From NCBI GenBank assembly GCA_002269645.1, contig NIVC01003501.1:1623-65622 (forward strand): a stretch of DNA of 64,000 bases. Direction: 5' to 3'. The notes under the pieces are model-generated. The model was not told the origin of the DNA and searched no databases. It saw nothing but the letters and a program-made list of their open reading frames with translations. The stretch is from Macrostomum lignano (taxonomy: Eukaryota). Both the position numbers and the translations under genes were made by a program. Below are positions 41,250 to 54,560 of the stretch, in pieces (the stretch's first letter is position 1; each line of letters starts with the position of its first letter).

Positions 41250-42666
41250 AAGTCTAGTGTCTAAACGCACGAGCTCCCACTTCCAGACCTAGGCCTGGGA
41301 ACAAATTCAGTGATCACTTTACTGTTGTGGGCTCCTCTTCTTAGTTGCGCGGGTTCGTAGAGCTCCTGGTCTTCCTGTTATCCTTCCTCCGGAGTAGTTT
41401 TCTTGATATCTAAAATCGGCCGAACGTGAGAGCGTAACGATTCAATTCGTCGACTTCGGAATATTCCTTGAGTTCAAAATCAATACTTTATCGAATGCAG
41501 GAATCAGAGATGCGCCCTAGTAACAGAATCAACTCTATAACAATGACGAGGTCCTCCAGAAAGGGCGCCTTCTTCTAGAACTAACGGAATTGGAGTCGTG
41601 TGCCCCTATCGGTTACTCTAGGGTAACAAAATCAATCAATCGGTAAACCTCTAAGGGTATTTATTGGAATCGATCCGCAGATCCTATCCGATCCCTTAGG
41701 AAAAGGGAGGCCTCGAATTCAGTAAAATCAGTAAATTCAACTGATCAGTAACGGCCGGCAATAACACCGCTCTCAATAATCAAAATAACGAAGACTCGAA
41801 CAAAGGCTTACCGAACGGTATCTACTTCTCCCAGAGATGTAGCCTCGTAGTTCTTGGGTGTTCTCAAGTCCTCTTGAGGCTGCTCCGAGTTTAAGATTTT
41901 TGCTCGGATTTTGGCTTGTATTTATAGGCAAATTATTGCCTATATTTTAGAATTTTAGCGAATCCAATAGGTTTCGGGCATCATTTACCATATTCGGGAG
42001 TTCTAAAATTAAATGTTGCGAACCGGCACAATAAAAGTGTCATTCGCTGTTTCGTGATACTACTGAGAATAGATTTTGATCGCATAACCAACCAACAAAC
42101 TGACAAAACTTTTGGTTTTTACGTATTTTTATCTTACTACTTCTAGAAGTATGTTTGTACTGTATTTCGTAGATCTCTACAAGTACAATAAATAACTCCC
42201 CAAGATCTGCCACCCCATTCCAGCCGAGCTGGCCAACACGGTCACGAGTCGGTCAGGCCGCACCTGCTTGCACCTGGCTTGCTATCACGAGCTAGCCGCC
42301 ATCTGCCGACTGCTGCTCAGTCGGATGTGCCGTCAGGCTGCCGGCTACGCCGACTGCAACGGCCTGCGAGCGGCCGACTACGCCAGTCAGGGGTCACCGG
42401 CTCGAATCCTGGCGCTGAAGGCGTCGGCAGCTCCATCGACATCTAGGCTACAGGGTCGATTGGAGGGAAGATTTTCCAGCACAGATGAAGATTGTTGTCA
42501 TGGTAAAGGTTGCCAATCAACGACGCATCGTCTACGGCTGTTCGACTTCCCGATGCCGGACCATCGGTCTGGAGGCTGCAGTGGCTGTTGCCAGCATCGG
42601 CAGCAGCTTTATCAGCCCTACCTTCCGGTGCTGGGGTCGAGGACTCGGACTGATGCCGGACCCTGA
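38997..42666 (+). CDS. ankyrin-repeat protein (~351 aa; 5' end uncertain)
   Basis: Exons 38997-39324, 39587-39871, 42224-42666 splice in phase (1/1). Ankyrin motifs GRTCLHLACYHELAAICRLLL and DCNGLRAADYA; second degenerate repeat GLLLACCLGSLTFVRLFL. Confidence 0.65.
40776..41004 (-). mobile_element. SINE family B, copy 3 (5'-truncated)
   Basis: Reverse complement of the CORE and 3' part of copies 1 and 2. Confidence 0.9.
41152..41246. repeat. (GA)n microsatellite
   Basis: Seen directly. Confidence 0.95.
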
Positions 42667-43141
42667 TTGAGGCCCTGGGAGAGATTTGTTTTTGAGTTTA
42701 AACTCACGCTCCATGTACGCTCGTATACTTCTAATAGCGTATTTATATCTGAAAGTAAGAAAAATGAAGTAAAATTTCGATATTGCGCTCTTGTGAATCG
42801 TAAAATTATTTGCCGTATTTACCATAGCTACTATAGACAGATGTTTGAAGTTCAACGATTCTTACCTATAGATAGTGTATTTATGCATTTAAACAACACG
42901 CGCGGTGAAGGAAGTTCAGTGGGATTTTTAGTCACTTTCGCATTTTATATTTCGGGGCAAACGAAAGTTGATAATTGCTAGGCCGTAAAAACTTATATAT
43001 AAACTGGAGCAGACCAGTATTGGCAAACAATAAAAGGATAGCTCCTATGGTCGATAAATAGAGCTCGGGATGTCCGCCGTCGTAGTGTCGGTCTCCTTCC
43101 TTTCTCTCGACTCCAGAGGAGGACGCCTCGTCCAACCTAGT

Positions 43142-43589
43142 CAACCAACCAACCAACCAACCAACCAACCAACCAACCAACCAACCAACCAACCAACCAA
43201 CCAACCAACCAACCAACCAACCAACCAACCAACCAACCAACCAACCAACCAACCAACCAACCAACCAACCAACCAACCAACCAACCAACCAACCAACCAA
43301 CCAACCAACCAACCAACCAACCAACCAACCAACCAACCAACCAACCAACCAACCAACCAACCAACCAACCAACCAACCAACCAACCAACCAACCAACCAA
43401 CCAACCAACCAACCAACCAACCAACCAACCAACCAACCAACCAACCAACCAACCAACCAACCAACCAACCAACCAACCAACCAACCAACCAACCAACCAA
43501 CCAACCAACCAACCAACCAACCAACCAACCAACCAACCAACCAACCAACCAACCAACCAACCAACCCGCAACCAACCAACCAACCAACT
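43142..43589. repeat. (CCAA)n microsatellite
   Basis: About 110 units. Confidence 0.97.
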
Positions 43590-43947
43590 ATAATGGTTTA
43601 ATGTACGTAAAAATTCCTTTATTATAATTTTTGGTAATATACCTTTTTGCTTCCTAATTGGTTTTTACTGCGTCCAATTCGGTGCGCTGCAAACAGCCCA
43701 GCAGAGTCATTCACCACAGAATATATAATATAAAATACCAAATAGGACGCTACAAGGTCGTATTAACCTGCAGCTGGAACCATTTCAATCAGATATTGTT
43801 TTAGCTCGTATTGTTGGCCATAGACTGCCGATTCCCAAACTTCGCGAATGTTTGCTATTTAAACCTTGTTTGCAATGAAATACTCGCAATCCAACGACCA
43901 AAATACGTGCTAAGCTAAGCCACTTTATTGTAGTTGTCTGATTCTAC

Positions 43948-46109
<2,162 letters not shown>

Positions 46110-46750
46110 CTGTATATTGTACATTGTACAGAGTATACATTATAGTGCAGTTATAGCGCATGCATTATTGGCATTTTATATATAGCTAATGTGTAAACCT
46201 ATGTAGCTGGCTATATACATGTACGAGCGTATATTTCATGCAGCTAACAGCATCCATAAGATCGGATAAATTCAGAAATGAAAGCTGGCCAAGAGTGCAT
46301 CTTTTGTCTGTGCGCATCTTTCAGGATAATAGAACAATTCCCATTTTTGTTTTCAAGAGATCTGCCGTTTACCAATGCAGCTTAATAGCAATTAATGTAC
46401 ATGTTTTTTATGATCAGCTGTTAATACAGAACATGCAGCTACTGTATAAACGAAAAATATACTTGTGTTGAAAACAATATTGCTTACAGGCTTACGCAGC
46501 CATGCACTATAACCAACAAATAAGCAGGTGTATCTTCAATTTAAATTTTAATATGTAGTAATATATGTACTTTTTTTATTCATTACAAAAACACATTAAT
46601 TGCGATGTTTTATAAAGATGTGCAGAAAGCAGTGTAATTTCCGATAAATATGACTTACATGTATAAACTCGTCCATTTTACTCGTACAAATTTTTTTATG
46701 ATGGTTGCAAAGTTTTACACATATTTTAGACAACTATAGAATTCTTGTGG

Positions 46751-47050
46751 GAGGGGGGGTTGTGGCCTTGTGGTTAGAGCGTCGGACTATACTGTACGAC
46801 TTAAAGTTCGGGGGACCCACTCGGAAAGTGTCCTTGAGCAACATACTTAACTCTGCATTGCTTCAGTTCACCCATGTAAAATGGGTGCCAGCATTAGCTG
46901 GAGTAATTGAGGGTTTGTGTTGCGACCCCCCAGTCCTTGGACTGAACAGCCTTACGCAGCCTCCAGATGAGCCGCGCAATAGCTGCGCGGCTGAGCTGTC
47001 GCGGTTGCACGTCTGCTCAATTAAGGCAGGAGGAATATATTATTATTATT
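46751..47050 (+). mobile_element. SINE family B, copy 4 (more diverged)
   Basis: Aligns to copy 2 with several small deletions. Confidence 0.85.
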
Positions 47051-47346
47051 ACCATTATTAGTATTCTTGTAACTTTTCTTAGCACAAAAAGCAGAAAATA
47101 TTGATCATGACACTAAAAGTTTCAAATTGCAAAGATGTAGGCCGCACGCTACACTCTCTGCCTCACATTATTCATGACTCACCCTCTGGCCTAAACTTGT
47201 TTACCGATTCTCGATCAATCACACATCGCTTCACCCCCACCCCCGATATTGACTAATAAATATATTAAGCAAACAAAACCACACAGAGGCCACCCTTTTC
47301 GGCACGCAAACGTATAGACTTCACATTGGCATCGCAAGCAGTCAGA

Positions 47347-48132
47347 ATGTCTGTGCCTCTGCAGCTACCCCCGCATGAGCAGTTTAATGATCAAACAGAG
47401 CAACACAACCTCTCGGCAAAGTGGGAGGAGTGGTCCGGCCGTTTCAAAAGGTTTGTCGCAGCCAGTGGCATCACAAGTGCGGACCAGCAGCGCGAAATTC
47501 TTCTCTACGTAGGCGGCAAGCAGCTGGCGGACACATCCAAAGAGCTGAATCGACCTGGAAAGTCTCTTGACGATCTGATCGAGGCATTCAGGACTCACTA
47601 CAGCGACAGGCACAACCCTGTGTTTGTCAGGTACGAATTCCGGCATTGCATCAGCAAACTGGCGAGTCACTGGACGCCTGGACACAGCGCCTCTACGCAG
47701 CAGCCGAGGGCTGCGAGTTCGGGTCGCAGCACGACTTGCTCATCCGAGACCAAATAGTGGCCGGCTGCAGATCCGTTCAGCTCCGGCGGACACTCCTTCA
47801 AACTCGAAGCATCAGCCTCAAGGACGCACTGCAGCAAGCAATAGCCTTCGAGGCGGCGGAACTTCAGTCAGCAGCCATCGAAGCGCGGAACAACGAGACG
47901 ATAAACTCGATCCAGCGAAAACGCCACGGCCAGGAGTCCCGATCGGAAGCCAAATGCATTCGGTGCGGAGAGCTGGGCCACCGCACGTGCGAATTGGCAA
48001 GAGGGAAAACCTACCATAAATGCAACAAAATCGGACACCTGGCGAAGGCCTGCTTGTCCAGCCCCGGCGGATTCGATGAGAAAGTGCACGTGGTATCGGC
48101 CCAGGGGCGAACCGAGCCAGAGGACCTGGAGA
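47347..48132 (+). pseudogene. gag of the LTR element (1-nt frameshift at ~47646; cut by the LINE)
   Basis: Two overlapping ORFs join into a typical gag; knuckles CIRCGELGHRTC and YHKCNKIGHLAKAC. Confidence 0.85.
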
Positions 48133-48235
48133 CTTGACTTACTTGACTTAGCTGCAGGGCGGTCCGAAGACGCAGCGGGGAGGCGAGCGTCGCCCATTCC
48201 GCTAATTCCTGAAAGGCCCGCATAGACTAGGCCGG

Positions 48236-51200
48236 TCAGGGAGGTCTGCCGGTCCTGTCTGCAGCGATGTCTTCGGTGGGGAAGACGGAGGCTCGCTTGG
48301 TGGCCCGGAGGAACCGGATGAGCCGTGGGATGTTCTTGGGCCGGCAAACGTCGTCCAGGGACGGGTTGGGCCCGAGGTGGTTGAGCCGGTCTTGGTTGAA
48401 GGCCGGGCAGTAGCAGACGAAGTGCTTGGCGTCTTCGTTCTCGAGGTTGCAGAAGGGGCAGAGTTCGCTCCGGCGGGCACTTCGGAGGAAACAGTGCCTG
48501 GCAAAGCAACCGTGACCTGTGAAGGTCATTGTGAGAGCGCGGATATCTTTTCGATTTTGGTTCAAACGGATTCTCCGCGGCTTGAGGGACGGATTGGGCA
48601 CTGCCGCACGGGATTGGCGGCAGTTGGAGATACCATCCTATCTGCGCAAGTGCAGGATGTCCGCCCAGTCGTTAATCTGACGATTAATGACAGTGGCGGG
48701 GATGGGGGCCAGGGGCACGGGGCCAAGGAGCGAGCCGGAACAGCTCGCCTTAGCGAGGGAGTCGGCGAGCTCGTTACCTTTGAAGCCGGCGTGTCCTGGG
48801 ATCCACGTAAGCCGGACGGTGTTCCTCCGAGCCAGCTTGTTGAGCTGCCCGATACAGTCGCGGACTGTTCGGGAGTTCGTAGTGGTGTGACACAGGGCCT
48901 GCAAAGCGGCCTGGCTGTCAGAGTGGAAGAATATTCTTCTGTCCTTGAAGTCCCTGCAGTGGAGCTCAGCTGCACAGGAGCTGATGGCAAGGACTTCGTT
49001 CTGGAAGACGCTGGAGAGTCTACCAGTGTGTTGGGCGTAAGTGGCGATCACGCGGCCGTTGATAAAGATGCAGACTCCAAAGCCGGATAAACCGTCTTTG
49101 GAGGATCCGTCAGTAAAGCAGTGAACCTCCTGAGGGGCCCAGCTGTCGTTGGCGTTCTCCCTAGAGAGGATAGTGACCTTGAAGCGTTGGTAGAGATTGA
49201 GGGAGCGCGGCACAGCGTCCGAAAGGACAGCCGCACTCCCACTCTCCTCCAGAACTTTAAGGCACAGGTCAGAGTGCGGCAGAAGCTTGCGCTTCGCCAT
49301 CGCTCTTTGTGGCTTGAAGCTAACACCAGCCTCAATGAGCCGGCGGGTGGTTTTAGCAGCCTCGCGACGGACGAAGATGTCCAGGGGCGGGAGGCAGAGA
49401 AAGGCGTTGAGGCCGTCAAAGGGAGCTGAGAGTGGGGCATTCAGGATCATGCGGCACGCGCGTCCCTGCACCTTTTTGAGGGCTTTGTGGCAGGTTTTAA
49501 TATGCAAGGCGCTGGTCCAGACCAGTCCGGCGTAAGTGACGGCCGGCCGGACCATAGCGGTGTAGATCCACCAGAGCCGCTTCGGGGTGAGGCCCCAGGT
49601 GGTGCCGACGGCTCTGCGCAGCTGCGCAAGAATCGCGAGGGCTTTTTTGGTTTTGGCCTGAACGTGGGTGGACCAGCTCAGCCGGTGGTCCAGCGTAACG
49701 CAGACACTTGGTTTGCTTGCAGGATGGAATTTCCACCCCGTAAAGCTTTAGTGGGCGAATACGCCAGTTTACCCTGCTGGTGAACATGATCGCGACAGTT
49801 TTGGTCTCAGAGAGTCTGAGGCCGCACCTGTCCGCCCATTGTTCAGCAAAGCGAATAAAGTTTTGCAGAAGATCCCTAAGGGTTTCGGGTGACGGTCCGG
49901 ATGCCACGGCTGTGACATCATTGGCGTAACCGACCTTAAGGATGGGGTCAGGATGGCTGTCCTGGAGGAGCTCATCGACGACCATGTTCCAGAAAACTGG
50001 AGGAAGGACACTGCCCAGGAGGCTGCCTTTGCAGAGGGTTACCGTCCGTTGGTGGCCCAACAGGTGTGCGGTGGCAGTACGGTGGCTGATCATATACATG
50101 ATCCACCAGGTGAGGTGCGAGTGGGTTCCTCTAGCACGTAGAGCTCTGTCAAAAGCCTCAAAGAGGACATTATCGAAGGCTCCAACAATGTCGAGGAAGA
50201 CGGCAAGAGCGTAGCCAAGAACGGCTTTCTCCAGTATATCGACCAAGACGTGAAGCGCGCTCTCCGTGGACCTGCCTGCCCGAAAGGCGTGCTGGTTCTC
50301 ACTGAGCGGCTTGTTCTTCAGTTCCACAGAGAGGAGGCGCCAGAGCACCAGTCTCTCTAACAGTTTCACCAATGAGGAGGTCAGGCTAATTGGTCTGAAG
50401 GATTTAATGGACCGGTAGTCCGGTCGGCCGGGCTTGGGGATAAAAACCACCTTGGCCTCGGTCCAGGGTTTCGGAACAAAGCCGAGTACAATGCAAGCTT
50501 TCAAGAGCTGGCAAAGGTTCCGCAGGAAACCGGTGCATTTCACCGCCTCTCGCAGGAAAGCTTGCACAATTCCGTCCGGTCCTGGGGATTTGAAGGCTTT
50601 GAAGGAGGAGACTGCTTTAGTAACGCGGTCCTCCGTGATGATTGAGTCAGCCAGTACGTGTCCGCCCACTGAGTGATCAGGGGGGGGGGGTCGGGCCTGG
50701 CTGGCTCGTTCGGGAAAAACGCTGTTAGCATCGCTTCCAGTGTTTCTCCTGGGTTCTCAGTGAGCGAGCCGTCGACTATTTTGACTGAGGAGAGTTTGGA
50801 AATTTTGTCCAGGGTGAGGGCTTTAACAATTCTGGAGGTGGGGCGGGAGCCCTCAAGTTCCTCACAGTATTCGCGGCCACTTGTTGGTTTTGGCGTTCCT
50901 AACCTGCCTCTTGAACTCGTGGATAGAGTTCAGGTAGGCGGTTTGGTCGGCCGGGTTTTTAGTTTTTTGGGCTCTACGGTGAAGCCTTTTGGCTCTGCGA
51001 CGGAGGTCGCCAAGCTGCGGGTTCCACCATGGGGCCGACTGTTTGCCTTTATATGCCTTTAGTGGACATGAGGCTTCGAAGGCAGCAGTGAGCGAGTCCA
51101 TAATAAGTACGGCCGCAAATTCATCTGCTTCCTCGCAGGTGTTGATGGAGACTGGAGCGCTAGTGCAGCGATAGTTTTCCTCCAGGGAAAGCCTGAAGGT

Positions 51201-51941
51201 GGTCCAATCGGTATTCCTAGCATTCCGTTTCCAATAAAGCTGGCCTGCGTTACGGGCGCCGGCCAGCGTGAAAGAGATGAACTTGTGATCGGAGAGGGAC
51301 GCCTCAGGGAGCACCCGCCACTCCCTAGTGCTCTGGAAGAGCCTGGGCGTGGCGAGGGTGGCATCCAGCACCTCCGATCGGCGTCCGTTATTGAAGGTAG
51401 GGGTACTATCCGAGTTACAGAACTCAAGGGTTGTAGTAGCTATATAAGCCAGGAAGTCTTCACCTCTCTGGTTAATATCAGAACTGCCCCAGTGGGTATG
51501 GTGGGCGTTGATATCGCCTGCCACAAACAGCTCATATTTTCTGGTGGAGCAGAGCTCGACCAGTGTGACAAGCTCTCCTGGGATCATCTCGCCGTCGCCC
51601 GGTAGGTAAACCGAGGCGATGATGGCAGTCCTCCCAGGGAGTATGTCTTCGGATTGGATGACGCAGATGTCCCTGGTGGACAGGTCCGATCTGAGCCATG
51701 CGTTAATAGAACTGGACACCATGATGCAGGATCTTGGTGCCAGGTTTCCCTCCCGGGTGCCAGCGGTTAAACACTGGTAGCCGGTGGGGACATGTTGGGG
51801 GCTGCCCCTAAGCGTCCAAGGTTCCTGGATAAGGATAATCCCTGGAGCGTATTGGTCAGTGTGCCTCAAGAGGTTGACCGAAGCAGCAATGCTGTGCTGC
51901 AGGTTGACCTGCAAGCAGTGAATGCCCTGGGAGACAGTCAT
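48236..51941 (-). pseudogene. LINE ORF2: AP endonuclease, reverse transcriptase, RNase H, C-terminal zinc finger (several frameshifts)
   Basis: APE: LQVNLQH, IQEPW, GDINAHH..WG, LDATL, SDH. RT: FRPISLTS, QHAFRAGRSTE, FLDIVGAFD, YAND (YADD mutated). RNase H: FTDGS, SSVFQNEVLAI, HSDSQAAL, WIPGHAG..GNELAD. C-terminus: TGHG..CPFC...KHFVCYC. Confidence 0.93.
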
Positions 51942-51943
51942 AT

Positions 51944-53476
51944 CTACTGTCCAGGGGAGGAGAAAAGCAACTCATTCTCAGCCTCATCGGTGAGAATTGA
52001 GTCGCCAATTTCCATTGGCTCAGGCTCAGCCGCCTCCCTAGCCGCGGCGGAGGCGGACGTGGCGCCCACGGCAGGTGAGTCACCTAGCCGCGCTGCACCG
52101 CCCTCCTCCCCAGCGACTGGGGTACGGCTGCTGCCTTCGCCTTGCGCCCCGCCGTCGGGAGTCTGAGCTCGGCCGGCAGCGTTCTCCTGGTGGTAATCCC
52201 ACCAGTTGGATGGCTGAGCCGTGCCGTCGTCCAGTTCCTTCGGCTGGCTTTGAGTAGTTTTACGAGTGGCACGAGTCCGCTAAAGGTGAAGTCTCAGAGA
52301 CTGAGCTTCGTCGAGTGCGCGCTGGATTAGCCCGGACCGCCGGTTACTGCGGGCGGGTCTACGTCCGCGCGAGGCAGACTCAGCAGCGCGAATAGCCTTG
52401 TTAGGCTCGGGATCGGGTTGCTGCTGCCGCTTGGCCGGCGGAGCCTGAGCCCCAGCTCCGGGAGCGGCGCGCTTCCCGTTGTTCTTAGACTCCACCTTGC
52501 CCCCCTCGCAGCGGAGGATGGTCAGTTGGTGGAGACCAAGGTGGAGGTTTGAGCCATGCGGTAGCCGCTTGGCCCATCCCTCCGTCAGGCCGAAGATGAT
52601 GACAGTGGCCCCGGTCGTGCCCTTGCGGACCGTGTTGTGGTACACAAGACCACTGGCGTAAAGATCCGGGTGCCGCTTGAGCAGGAGCTGCCGCAGCTGC
52701 TCCCCGGACTTGATCGCACTGTCGGCCGGGACCCAAATCCGATGGCGGATGGTCTTCGGCCGCTCGCTCTCCAGGGCGAAGGTCAGCTGGCCCAGGTCGC
52801 TGTGCCAGTCGAACTTGGGCAGCTGATACCGCAGGAGCTGGGTGCTCTCCTCGGATTTGCACCACAGAAGGATGCACCCGTTCGCCTTGGTGGACTTGAC
52901 GATGTCCACAAAGACGCCCTCAAGGATTAGTTTGAGTAGGCCCTCGTCGATGGTACGCCACGCGACGTCGAGCTGCTCGGGCGTCAGGTCGAAATCCCCG
53001 CCGAGGATCATCACGGCGGGTTGCAGCGGCTGCTTGACCTTGGAGGCGTAGGAATCGGAGATCTTGAGCGGGGCCGCTTTGTCCTTGGAAGGCGGTAGGC
53101 CAGCAGGGTTGCCCCCCTGAGAATCCGAGGACACGGCGGTTCCTGACGGCCCAGCCGCGCCACCGGACTCCCCAGAGGGCTTCCCCACCGCGGTGGCTCC
53201 AGAAGGCCTCACCGCGGCTTGCCCGCCCTCCGCGGACGCAGCAGCAGCCCGCTTCTCCTGCCGCTTACGGTTGCGGCGGATGTTTCGCTGCCGTCGGGAC
53301 TCGGCCGTGCGCGGTCGGCTAGACTGGCGGCCAGGGTGCTCGGCAGCAGCGTCAGCTGGCCCGGTTGGACCAGGTTGGACGTTGGAGCTACCAGTGGTAG
53401 CTACCGGAGCGGCTGATCCCGGTGGGCCAGTGGCGACCGGGTCAGTTTCATTGGTAAAATTGGCGTTAGTGGCCAT
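51944..53476 (-). pseudogene. LINE ORF1 (~510 codons, one premature TAG at 52280-52282)
   Basis: The frame continues past the TAG to ...LLFSSPGQ*, ending 2 nt before the ORF2 ATG; central region resembles the DUF4780-type ORF1 of LOA/Lian elements (recalled). Confidence 0.8.
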
Positions 53477-53678
53477 AGCTGAAAAGCGGGGGAGGGCTAC
53501 TCGTTATGCGAGTTAAGTACCCGACTGGCCGACACCCCAAGCCAGCCGGTTTGAAAAAGGGACCGCTAGCGATCGGACTCCCCGGCCTTCCAGCCCATCG
53601 GCACGGTCAAACACCTTAGGCATTAGAGGGTACGTTAAGCAGCACCACGGCCTGCAGGCTGGTAAGCCAGACCCGCAT

Positions 53679-53981
53679 ACCCAAATTCGGCCGAAGCCAC
53701 CGGATGGGTCACCAGCGCCGGAGCCCAGTCTGTCCAGCAGCCCTAGGGTCTGCCTTGAACACACGCGGGGACGAGTACCCCTGGGTCGACTTGCGAGACA
53801 GCGTGGGGGGATCTGCGGCTGCCAGAGGCAAATAGCGGGTCCAGACCTCCCACCAGCCTTGACCTGCTAAAGATAGGGCAGGCGTAAAGCGTCGCAGACC
53901 AGCGTCGCAGCGTCACAGACTTAGCCCATAGGCCTAGTCTGTCCCATACTTCACTGGCATGCTGAATACGCCTTCGCATGC
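53679..53981 (-). ncRNA. HDV-like self-cleaving ribozyme at the LINE 5' end
   Basis: P1 GCATGCG(53981-75)/CGCGTGT(53767-61); P2 ACCCAG(53786-81)/TTGGGT(53684-79); P3 GGG/CCC; L3 TACTCGT; P1.1 AC/GT(53760-59); J4/2 CGAAT with C at 53689. Confidence 0.8.
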
Positions 53982-54560
53982 GAGGACCTGGAGAGCAGTT
54001 GCGAGGTTTTCTGTCTCGAATCCCGACGGAATCGCCTGCCGCGCGTCAGGGCGGCCATCAGGAGCCGCAAAGCCGACCTTCTGATCGACAGCGGCGCGGG
54101 CTGCAACCTGATGAGCCTGAAGACCTTCTGGTCCATCGGAGGCAGGGCAAAGGATCTCCAGGCATACAAGCGTCGAGTGCACCCGTTCGGTTCCACGAAA
54201 CCGCTGGCCACGCTCGGGATGGCCAGGCTTCGGACCGCCGTTTACAACATCAGCGCCAGCATCAAGTTCATCATCGTGAGGGAAGCGGCAACGACGATCA
54301 TCGGGAGGGAGACGAGCGAAGAGCTGGGCATCCTGCGCATCTGGCCTCCGTCACGCAGCTCCTGCTTTCAGGGACACCAACGGCGAGCGCCAAGCCCCAT
54401 GAGCTCAACGAGAGACCTACGACTATCTGATGGTCGGACAACGCAGCAGCGGGACCGGCAGGACTGGAGCGGAGCACGGGTGAATCGGGCTGACAACTCT
54501 GGCCTCACAGGGGCGCCGCGGAGCAACATCAGACTGAGTGGCCAGGGCAAATACAAGTAA
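53982..54560 (+). pseudogene. retropepsin protease portion of the LTR element gag-PR ORF
   Basis: LPRVRAAI..KADLLIDSGAGCNLMS...IIGRETSEELGIL; ends at TAA 54560. Confidence 0.85.

Larger units (their letters stand above)
48133..53981 (-). mobile_element. full-length LOA/Lian-like non-LTR retrotransposon (5849 bp) with APE, RT, RNase H and CCHC; inactive
   Basis: 13-bp TSD GAGGACCTGGAGA at 48120-48132 and 53982-53994 (removal restores gag-PR ...PEDLE SSCEVF...); 3' tail TAAGTCAAG x2; domains below. Confidence 0.95.

Noticed and set aside
41258-42061. Possible solo LTR (TATA-like TATAAATA on the minus strand, TGT at one end)
   Set aside because: The other terminus is not CA, no TSD, and no second copy in the window.
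53860-53945. GGGCTAAGTCTGT as J4/2-P2 of an alternative HDV fold
   Set aside because: It pairs locally as a simple hairpin (ACAGAC/GTCTGT) within J1/2; no P3/L3 between the strands.
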